From positions 124,001 to 188,000 of the forward strand of contig NIVC01001645.1 of assembly GCA_002269645.1 (NCBI GenBank): 64,000 bases of DNA, read 5' to 3'. The notes under the pieces are model-generated. The model had not been told where the DNA came from and did no database searches. It worked only from the letters and a program-made list of their open reading frames with translations. How positions within the stretch are numbered: the stretch's first letter is position 1; each line of letters starts with the position of its first letter. Of this stretch, positions 53,036-64,000 are shown piece after piece. This DNA comes from Macrostomum lignano (lineage: Eukaryota). The translations under genes and the position numbers were made by a program.

Positions 53036-55808
53036 TATTGCTTTAAGAGCCCCCACCCAGTCCTTGGGCTGAACAGCCGTACGCAGCCTTCAGATACGCC
53101 GCGCAATAGCTGCGGCTGAGCTATCGGTTGCACATCTGCCCATTAGGTCAGGTGTAATCAATTATTATTAATTTTTATTACATTAGATTGCAGTTAATCA
53201 AGTGCATTTTGATGGGCAAAATTTTTTTTAAAAGCTTCAATAATTGATGCTTTCATATATACGGGTATCAATATGTACACTTTTTGAAAGCCTAAAAGAT
53301 GGCATAATAATTTAACCTATTAGCAATATAAAGCAGTATAAAAAGTGCAGATATCTCAAGTAGCTAGCCAGATCAATTTGCGAAACATGAGAGATAGCCA
53401 AGAATTTTTTGATAGCTTAGAACTTAGGAATCCATTTCATTACCTTCCCTTTGACGAAATCGATTGATATTGACATCAAAGCAATTTGGTGCACTGCATT
53501 ACAGTAATGACCCAGCCAATAGCTAATTAGCGAATTCAACAAAATCATAGGTATCTCTAATAGGCAGCTGAGTTGCCTTCCCTAATAAAGGGTCTAGGGA
53601 AAGCCAACCACAACAGGACATACCCTTCCCTGTAGCTGGGTGTGAATAATATCATCAAAAAATTCTCATAATAGCCTATTTTCAGTTCCAATATAGTTTA
53701 CTATATAGCTTTAAATACTGAATTCATTGTTTCAAGTATTAAAAACTATATAAATATGAACTAGGGAGGAGAACACTTAGGTAAAAGTCTATTGCTACAT
53801 GATGTATGTATAAATGAAGATCATAGTAAAAATAAATATCATTAAAATAAAAATTTAGTGACCTAGTTCCTATGAGTTATATAGCTTTCTTAGCTTATAT
53901 ACCTTAAAATCCTGAATTTGTTGGTCATATATACTTGTATAATTTTGACAAGTTATGTCTATCTACACGTATCTTTGCAAATAAGCAAGTTATTAGACAA
54001 TTATATTATATGTCTTACTTAAAAACTGCTTTTAATATAATTTATATTATCTCTGTCATAGTTTTATCATATAATATTTACTTGAAATTATATGAGAAAC
54101 ATATCCTAGGCCTAGGGCTAGGGGTAAAAGACCACTAAAGATATGTAGAGATTGGCCTGGCCTATATGATCAGAAATTGTTTTCCATTGTTTCTGATAAT
54201 ATACTTTAGTATAAAGGAAAGGGGAATTAGTACTTACTACTACTAGGTATGAGCAAAATTCCTGAGAATCATATAATATTTGTAAAAAACAACAAACAGC
54301 TACAAATTTTTAAGCATAGTTAAAAAATAAAAAAACTACAACAAAAAATGAAACTAAATATATGGGCTTGATCAAGAGTACAGACATAGCTAATTGACTT
54401 TGTAGTTATATATCGATAATATTCTATACAGTACACTAATATTATAGACGTACACCTTGAGTTTTTTCAAATGCCACTAATGATAGTAGCAAAGTATTGT
54501 AATTTTATTGATTGCTGCATTTAAAAAATCTAATATTGCTGTACAATGCAATGCAACATGCGGGTGAGATTTTGGTTTCAGAATGGAAGCAAACAAGCAT
54601 GTGGCGCATCTTTTCATGGAATATCTTACAAGTAAACGCGATAAATAAATTTTACAAGAAGCACTGTAGAGAAACAAAAGTCCACGTACTAATGACTAGA
54701 AACAAAAAAGTTTTTTTCGAGTTGAAGACAAGTAAGTTAAATATTTCTTGTTTAAGAAAGAGTATGGCTGTATTTTTTATAAAATACTGTGTTGAGTCCA
54801 ATAGATTCAATTTGCTCAATCCTTCGATACGTCGCCGGGCTGGGCTGGATCAACTTTGATCAGGCCCCGCGACGTGTAATTCAGAATATTATTGATAATT
54901 ATTCTGTCGTCGAGGTGTACGTGTACATCGGGTAGATCTGGATCAATATTTTACTAAATTTCTAAGCTTTTGAATCTATTCGAAGATTTTAGCTTCGTTT
55001 ACAATGCATCAGAAAGCATGAATGAAACTATTTTTATTGACTTTGTTCTAGACATTCTAGACATTATTAGTGGCAGTCGCAATGTGGGCAAATTCTTTAT
55101 CTTTTAATTTTTATCTTATCACTTCTTGGACCAGATTTCTCTAGCCTCAAAGCTTTCAATAGCGCGATTTTTTAGGCTCAGTCAAGACTTCTTATGCCAT
55201 GGGCTTAAGTATTTGGCTTGTATTTTCATCATTTTTTTAATATTAATATCATAGATTTATGAATCATAGGACATAGCTTCTTTTTAATTGGCAGTAACAG
55301 TCAGAAAATGCCCTAAATACCATATCCTTTAGTTTGCTATAGCAAATAAGCAGCTTTAGCAAAGCATATATCTCTATTTAACTAAATCTTATTATTCTAA
55401 ATCTTATTTGTCTTATCTTATTATCTTAATTAAAACTGCCTAGCAATATTTTTGGTCGATGGGCCATATTTTATCTAATCTTATAGGAGCATGGAATTCA
55501 AGACTAATCCTAACAGATCATTTTTAAAAAAAAACAATTTTTTGCCTTGTTATGCTATGGAATTTTATCACTAACAACTTCATTTTTTAACTTAAAAATA
55601 TTTTTAGTATAATGAACTTAAGTTATTTATTACCTTTTACTTTACTTTTAAACTACAAATACAAATAGATTTATAGTTTAATTTTTTAATTAAACAATAC
55701 ACACATACAGGATAATATAACTATATTCTCAAATAGTTAAAAAATATACTTGTGTAGCCTTAATTAATTGGTAATTTATCAATAATTTTCAGTAAATCAA
55801 CAGAGGAC

Positions 55809-56925
<1,117 letters not shown>

Positions 56926-57702
56926 TTTATAAGAACTCGGCTTGATTGATGCCCATGACAACTAATTCCAATAGTTTACAATGATTAAAAATATTAATCA
57001 ATGCAGTTCCATAGTTTCAAAACCGTGCTAAATATTTGTTATTATCCTGCAATCCCACTCGCTTTTAATTCTTTGCGAGACAATTTATTCTATTCCAGTT
57101 TTGCAAGTTAGATTTGGCTGAAAGTTTTAGACGTTATTTATTGTCCCTCAATGTTTTTATATAAAGCCTATTTTCGATTGGCAAAGTTGATTATTGGAAT
57201 TTTGAAACCGAGAAGATATATTTTTTGGCTTATTGCAATTTTTACGTTTTAGCTAAGCCTTTGTGATGCATTCATGGACTACTAAAGTAGGACGGGAGGC
57301 AGTTTTTACCGAAAAATATATTACGGAGTAAGAAATTTCTCATTATTTATTTTTTCTTAGCTGATTGCAACAAAATGTGTAACTGAATGATAAAAAAGAT
57401 TCATAAAAATTATGAGTATAGCTGGGCCACCTTTATTGGTTAGAAATTACATTGAAAATACAATTCACATTAGAATCCTAATTTTCTAAACGAAAAGCTC
57501 TATGAATATCAATAGAGCTATGAGAAAGGCAATGCATATCAAAAGATAAACATTGGGTCTGCCTCCTATCAAAAGCAATAACAATTTTTGTGCTGAAAAA
57601 TGAATTTCTTCATTCTTCATAATGTATTTTTCGGTAAAAGCTACCTCCTAAATAATTCTAAGAAAAGTAGTTTACCGCACTACTTGAGTAGTCATTGGAA
57701 GC

Positions 57703-58652
57703 AACCACTGATGCAATCATGAGCTGTTGCTACTGCATAATCAAATCACTGATGCAATCATGAGCTGTTGCTACTGCATAATCAAATCACTGATGCAATC
57801 ATGAGCTGTTGCTACTGCATAATCAAATCACTGATGCAATCATGAGCTGTTGCTACTGCAGAATAAAATCACTGATGCAATCATGAGCTGTTGCTACTGC
57901 AGAATAAAATCACTGATGCAATCATGGGCTGTTGCTACTGCAGAATAAAATCACTGATGCAATCATGAGCTGTCGCTACTGCAGAATAAAATCACTGATG
58001 CAATCATGAGCTGTTGCTACTGCAGAATAAAATCACTGATGCAATCATGAGCTATTGCTACTGTAGAATAAAATCAATGATGCAATCATGAGCTGTTGCT
58101 ACTGTAGAATAAAATCACTGATGCAACCATGAGCTGTTGCTACTGCAGAATCAAACCATTGATGCAATCATGAGCTGTTGCTACTGCAGAATAAAATCAC
58201 TGATGCAATCATGAGCTGTTGCTACTGTAGAATAAAATCACTGATGCAACCATGAGCTGTTGCTACTGTAGAATAAAAACACCGATGCAATCATGAGCTG
58301 TTGCTACTGCAGAATAAAATCACTGATGCAATCATGAGCTGTTGCTACTGCAGAATAAAATCACTGATGCAATCATGAGCTGTTGCTACTGTAGAATAAA
58401 ATCACTGATGCAACCATGAGCTGTTGCTACTGTAGAATAAAAACACCGATGCAATCATGAGCTGTTGCTACTGCAGAATAAAATCACTGATGCAACCATG
58501 AGTTGTTGCTACTGCAGAATAAAATCACTGATGCAACCATGAGTTGTTGCTACTGCAGAATAAAATCACTGATGCAATCATGAGCTGTTGATACTGCAGA
58601 ATAAAATCACTGATGCAATCATGAGCTGTTGCTACTGCAGAATAAAATCAAT
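57703..58652. repeat. 41-bp minisatellite (ATCACTGATGCAATCATGAGCTGTTGCTACTGCAGAATAAA)n
   Basis: About 23 units. Confidence 0.96.
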
Positions 58653-59447
58653 GATAATATCATACTTTTACGTTAATTTCTAAGCACTGTACATGCGCAT
58701 CACTCTACTTTTTAGTAGCAAGAATGGCGAATGCTGATAAAATTGAAACGGGCAAAGTGATCGATAATAAAAATAATAATTGAGAAGCCTTTCCATACTC
58801 TTGTCGGAGAGAATTGATTTCAACAAAATTCAATTGAAATTGAGTAGCAACCAGCGCTGTGTGCATGCAATAAATCTATAATGTTATGGAGGCGATTGAT
58901 GAGCCCGCTCATTCTCATTACCCTTGAGAGCTTAGAAGCCCTTCCTCCGCGCCTCACCTCCACTAGCTACCGGTATAAGTGCATTTCTACAGTTCTGATT
59001 CTGCTGCAAGCTCATTATAGACTGGGTTTTCTCTCATTTTTAGCAAGCAATATGCGGCACACACTTTCCTTCCACTCTCTCTGTCACTCCCGCCTTCACT
59101 GAGTACTGGAGGCCCAGCGTCTGTAAGCTATTCATACATATCTCATTGTCGCACATCTGCAGGCGCTGTTAGCAACAAAATAGAGTAGCTTTTAAGCCAG
59201 GCCCTTTCAAAAAGGGCTATGTAGCCCTGTTCGTGTCTAAAATATAAGCTTATAGTTTAAAAGCAAATAAATTTCTGTGGCTATACATAGCGTGCTTAGC
59301 GCGCTCCTATGGACAGCAATGGAGACGAGTTTGGGTGAGGCCTACAAGTATTTTATTTCCATGTGAATCGAAATGTACATGTATAATTTAATTGATTATA
59401 TAGACTCGATATCAGACTAGAGTCGCCACATGGAATTCGAGATCTTT

Positions 59448-61360
59448 TCTGTGGAAACTGTAGAACCAGTGTTGGAAACTGTGGAATCAGAGTTGGAAAC
59501 TGTGGAATCAGAGTTGGAAACTGTGGAATCAGAGTTGGAAACTGTGGAATCAGAGTTGGAAACTGTGGAACCAGTGTTGGAAACTGTGGAATCAGAGTTG
59601 GAAACTGTGGAATCAGAGTTGGAAACTGTGGAATCAGAGTTGGAAACTGTGGAATCAGAGTTGGAAACTGTGGAATCAGTGCTGGGAACTGTGGAATCAG
59701 TGTTGGAAACTGTGGAATCAGAGTTGGAAACTGTGGAATCAGTGCTGGGAACTGTGGAATCAGTGCTGGGAACTGTGGAATCAGTGCTGGGAACTGTGGA
59801 ATCAGTGCTGGGAACTGTGGAATCAGGGCTGGAAACTGTGGAACCAGTGTTGGAAACTGTGGAACCAGTGTTGGAAACTGTGGAATCAGTGTTGGAAACT
59901 GGAACCAGTGTTGGAAACTGTGGAATCAGAGTTGGAAACTGTGGAACCAGTGTTGGAAACTGTGGAATCAGAGTTGGAAACTGTGGAATCAGTGCTGGGA
60001 ACTGTGGAATCAGTGTTGGAAACTGTGGAACCAGTGTTGGAAACTGTGGAATCAGTGTTGGAAACTGTGGAATCAGAGTTGGAAACTGTGGAATCAGAGT
60101 TGGAAACTGTGGAATCAGTGTTGGAAACTGTGGAATCAGTGTTGGAAACTGTGGAATCAGAGTTGGAAACTGTGGAATCAGAGTTGGAAACTGTGGAATC
60201 AGTGTTGGAAAGTGTGGAACCAGTGTTGGAAACTGTGGAATCAGAGTTGGAAACTGTGGAACCAGTGTTGGAAACTGTGGAATCAGAGTTGGAAACTGTG
60301 GAATCAGTGCTGGGAACTGTGGAATCAGTGTTGGAAACTGTGGAACCAGTGTTGGAAACTGTGGAATCAGTGTTGGAAACTGTGGAATCAGAGTTGGAAA
60401 CTGTGGAATCAGAGTTGGAAACTGTGGAATCAGTGTTGGAAACTGTGGAATCAGTGTTGGAAACTGTGGAATCAGAGTTGGAAACTGTGGAATCAGAGTT
60501 GGAAACTGTGGAATCAGTGTTGGAAACTGTGGAATCAGTGTTGGAAACTGTGGAACCAGTGTTGGAAACTGTGGAATCAGTGTTGGAAACTGTGGAATCA
60601 GTGTTGGAAACTGTGGAATCAGTGTTGGAAACTGTGGAATCAGTGCTGGGAACTGTGGAATCAGTGTTGGAAACTGTGGAATCAGAGTTGGAAACTGTGG
60701 AATCAGAGTTGGAAACTGTGGAACCAGTGTTGGAAACTGTGGAATCAGAGTTGGAAACTGTGGAATCAGTGCTGGGAACTGTGGAATCAGTGCTGGGAAC
60801 TGTGGAATCAGTGCTGGGAACTGTGGAATCAGTGCTGGGAACTGTGGAATCAGGGCTGGAAACTGTGGAACCAGTGTTGGAAACTGTGGAACCAGTGTTG
60901 GAAACTGTGGAATCAGTGTTGGAAACTGGAACCAGTGTTGGAAACTGTGGAATCAGAGTTGGAAACTGTGGAACCAGTGTTGGAAACTGTGGAATCAGAG
61001 TTGGAAACTGTGGAATCAGTGCTGGGAACTGTGGAATCAGTGTTGGAAACTGTGGAATCAGTGCTGGAAACTGTGGAATCAGTGTTGGAAACTGTGGAAT
61101 CAGAGTTGGAAACTGTGGAATCAGAGTTGGCAACTGTGGAATCAGAGTTGGAAACTGTGGAATCAGAGTTGGAAACTGTGGAATCAGTGTTGGAAAGTGT
61201 GGAACCAGTGTTGGAAACTGTGGAATCAGTGTTGGAAACTGTGGAATCAGTGTTGGAAACTGTGGAATCAGAGTTGGAAAGTGTGGAACCAGTGTTGGAA
61301 ACTGTGGAATCAGAGTTGGAAAGTGTGGAACCAGTGTTGGAAAATGTGGAATCAGAGTTG
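59448..61360. repeat. 21-bp minisatellite (GAAACTGTGGAATCAGAGTTG)n with a 1027-bp internal duplication
   Basis: The rare variant CAGGGCTGG at 59824 and 60851 is each followed by the same 19-bp short unit. Confidence 0.96.
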
Positions 61361-61399
61361 GTAAATCCCACTGGCCCCAAAAACCGCGCCCGCCCCGCC

Positions 61400-63077
61400 A
61401 TGTCTGCAGCATCTCTGAGCCATCCCGCCTGCGGCTGCCCGGCCGGCGCGGCGCCACCTCAGATTGCGAGCTGCCTCTGGCCGGCGGTGGCCACCTCTCC
61501 GTTCCATCCGGCGCGCTCAGCAGCGTCGGCGCCAACGGACGGCGTGCTCGATCGTCGCAAAGCGGCGCTAAAAACAACCGACAGCAGCCGGCGTCGGCGC
61601 GGCGTCAGCGGTCTGCGGCAGCAACGCCACGGCAGCGTCGGGTCTCCGCCAGAGCCGACGGGCCGCTGATCACCGCTTGGCCGGTTGACGGCGCCGGCCT
61701 GCCCGACTGCTCGCCGCTGCTGGAGCCGCTCGAGGCGCTCGCTTCGCCGATCTACAGGCTGCGGCTGTCCGGCGGCTGCCCCGACGGAGCAATCAACTCT
61801 GACATCGCCGCTGCTGCAACCGCCGTTGCAGGCGAGTCAGATTTGACGCCACCGAAGCCGGTACCGCTGCTGAGGCTGCCGCTGACGCCGCCGATTCGTC
61901 CGGATTCCGCCTGGCCGACCCTGCTGCGATTGCTGCACCGGCCGGAGCCGCCGCCGCCGCCGCCGCCGCCTCCGCCCCGCCACCGACAGAGAACGGGGAC
62001 TCGGATGCGGGGGCTGCGCCAACAACTCCGCAGGTGCAACAACAACACCAACAGCCGGTGACACCGCGAGCACCGCCCAGGATGCAGTGGCGAGAGCTGA
62101 TCAAAGTGTCCGAGGTGAGAGGAAGGAGTTTGAAAGTCTGTTTTTAGGGAGAGAGTGCAGCTGTTCTTAGAGCGGGAGTGCTGTCCTTGGGGAGGGAGTG
62201 CTGTCCTTAGGGAGGGAGTGCTGTCCTTAGGGAGGGAGTGCTGTCCTTAGGGAGGGAGTGCTGTCCTTAGGGAGCGAGCGCTGTCCTTAGGGAGGGAGTG
62301 CTGTCCTTAGAGAGGGAATGCTGTCCTTAGGAAAGAGTGCTGTCCTTAGGGAGGGAGTGCTGTCCTTAGGGAGGGAGTGCTGTCCTTAGGAAAGAGTGCT
62401 GTCCTTAGGGAGGGAGTGCTGTCCTTAGGGAGGGAGTGCTGTCCTTAGGGAGGGAGTGCTGTCCTTAGGGAGGGAGTGCTGTTCTTAGGGAGGGAGTGCT
62501 GTCCTTAGGGAGCGAGCGCTGTCCTTAGGGAGGGAGTGCTGTCCTTAGGGAGGGAGTGCTGTCCTTAGGGAGGGAGTGCTGTCCTTAGGGAGGGAGTGCT
62601 GTTCTTAGGGAGGGAGTGCTGTCCTTAGGGAGCGAGCGCTGTCCTTAGGGAGGGAGTGCTGTCCTTAGGGAGGGAGTGCTGTCCTTAGGGAGGGAGTGCT
62701 GTCCTTAGGGAGCGAGTGCTGTCCTTAGGGAGCGAGCGCTGTCCTTAGGGAGGGAGTGCTGTCCTTAGGGAGGGAGTGCTGTCCTTAGGGACGCAGTTCT
62801 ACGGGCGCACTTTCAAATGCATTCGAGCCTCTCGTAGCAACAGCCGGGCGTGTTAATTTGCACACAATTTCCATCTGCACGTGGCTGCCCGAAGAACGCG
62901 AGAAGCGTCACCTGTCGGGCGGTGAGCTCCGGCGTCTACCTGCTGACCCAGCGGCCCCAGACTGAATCGTTCCTTGTGTCCTCGCGCGGCGGCCTTCACC
63001 GAGTCCGGATGTGTCCGCACGTGTCCGTCCGCGTGCCGAGGGGCAGCTGCACCGGCGCTGCGGACTGCTGCTTAACG
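61400..63077 (+). other. Unresolved GC-rich spliced locus (putative exons ~61400-62114 and 62797-63077); no continuous frame
   Basis: Good donor GAG|GTGAGA at 62115, acceptor ACGCAG| at 62796 and donor ACG|GTGAGA at 63078, each flanking repeat-filled intervals. Ala/Pro/Gln-rich translations. Frames do not join without indels. Confidence 0.4.
62165..62790. repeat. 20-bp minisatellite (GTGCTGTCCTTAGGGAGGGA)n
   Basis: Read directly. Confidence 0.96.
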
Positions 63078-63159
63078 GTGAGAACACCCGGGGTTCGACT
63101 CCGTGCGCTTCCACACAAAGTTGATTATCGTGCACGAAAATTTTCCTGTGGCTTGTCGT

Positions 63160-63245
63160 GCGATTCACGGCCAAGGCCAAACCCCAAAGGTACAGAGAGT
63201 GTACATGCTTGACGATGGGAGAGTCAGGGGCCGCTGTACACCGCT
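63160..63245 (-). mobile_element. Fragment of the SINE 3' body
   Basis: ATTCACGGCCAAGGCCAAACCCCAAAGGTACAGAGAGTGTACATGCTTGACGATGGGAGAGTCAGGGGCCGCTGTACACC matches the reverse complement of ~11070-11155. Confidence 0.65.
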
Positions 63246-63279
63246 GACTGCTTGCCTTCTCGCTGGCAACGAGTAACAT

Positions 63280-63900
63280 GTGGCTGTAGCTGTGCGGCTG
63301 TGGCTGTGGGGGCTGTGGGGGCTGTGTGGCTGTGGGGGCTGTGTGGCTGTGGCTGTGGCTTTGGTGGCTGTGCGGCTGTGGCTGTGGCTGTGGCTGTGGC
63401 TGTGGCTGTGGTGGCTGTGCGGCTGTGGCTGTGGTGGCTGTGCGGCTGTGGCTGTGGCTGTGGCTGTAGCTGTGGCTGTGGGGGCTGTGTGGCTGTGGCT
63501 GTGGCTGTGGCTGTTGGGCTGTGGCTGTGGCTGTTGGGCTGTATGGCTGTGGCTGTATGGCTATGGCTATGGCTATGGCTGTAGCTGTGGCTGTGGCTGT
63601 GGGGCTGTCTGTCTGTGGCAGTCTGGCTGTGGCTGTGGCTGTGGGGCTGTGTGGCTGTGGGGGCTGTGTGGCTGTGGCTGTGGCTGTGGTGGCTGTGCGG
63701 CTGTGGCTGTGGTGGCTGTGCGGCTGTGGCTGTGGCTGTAGCTGTGGCTGTGGGGCTGTGGGGGCTGTGTGGCTGTGGCTGTGGCTGTTGGGCTGTGGCT
63801 GTGGCTGTTGGGCTGTGGCTGTATGGCTGTGGCTATGGCTGTGGGGCTGTGGGGCTGTGTGGCTGTGGGGCTGTGGCTGTGTGGCTGTGGCTGTGTGCGG
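63280..63900. repeat. (GGCTGT)n microsatellite
   Basis: Read directly. Confidence 0.96.
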
Positions 63901-64000
63901 CTCAATATAGAGCAGCAGAAGACCGTAGTATCAAATTACGTGTATTATAACTCCGAATCAAAGTAAAGCTGCTGATTAAACCAATCGATAAATTGTTGGA

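Noticed and set aside
57703-58652. CRISPR-like regular arrays here and elsewhere
   Set aside because: Head-to-tail units with no unique spacers, no cas genes, and a eukaryotic intron context.
59430-62061. 644-aa and 717-aa ETVESEL-repeat ORFs with a Kozak-like ATG at 59430
   Set aside because: The 21-bp array is frameshifted by a 19-bp unit that was itself duplicated, so the frame is not maintained; open frames on both strands are a repeat artefact.
63252-63966. Cys/Gly-rich metallothionein- or keratin-associated-like ORFs
   Set aside because: Translations of (GGCTGT)n downstream of a splice donor.

Overview
Eukaryotic (animal) genomic DNA with GC-rich exons, GT-AG introns and a very high density of tandem repeats. 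The style resembles the flatworm Macrostomum, but that is inference only. Spliced genes reconstructed by hand: UCKL1 (+, 6 exons); a WW plus tandem CUE-like protein (+, 2 exons); an eh1-motif C2H2 zinc-finger factor (-, 2 exons); a divergent monoamine-type SLC6 transporter (+, 10 exons); sphingosine-1-phosphate phosphatase (-, 4 exons); a COMTD1-like O-methyltransferase with a disrupted first exon (+); and an unresolved GC-rich spliced locus at the right end. Mobile DNA: a full-length LOA-type non-LTR retrotransposon (20396-26294; ORF1 plus APE-RT-RNaseH; 11-bp TSD; tandem-repeat tail), a non-autonomous hAT element with a perfect 8-bp TSD, a tRNA-head CORE-SINE family, Charlie-like MITEs, a decayed RTE-like RT with a nested LINE end, and a possible LTR. 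The standout observation is a complete HDV-like self-cleaving ribozyme fold whose G1 is the first base after the retrotransposon's 5' TSD. The duplicated target itself looks like a tRNA T-arm/B-box. Almost every intron carries its own minisatellite, many with palindromic units. The long repetitive ORFs in the supplied track are repeat artefacts. Array boundaries are approximate.
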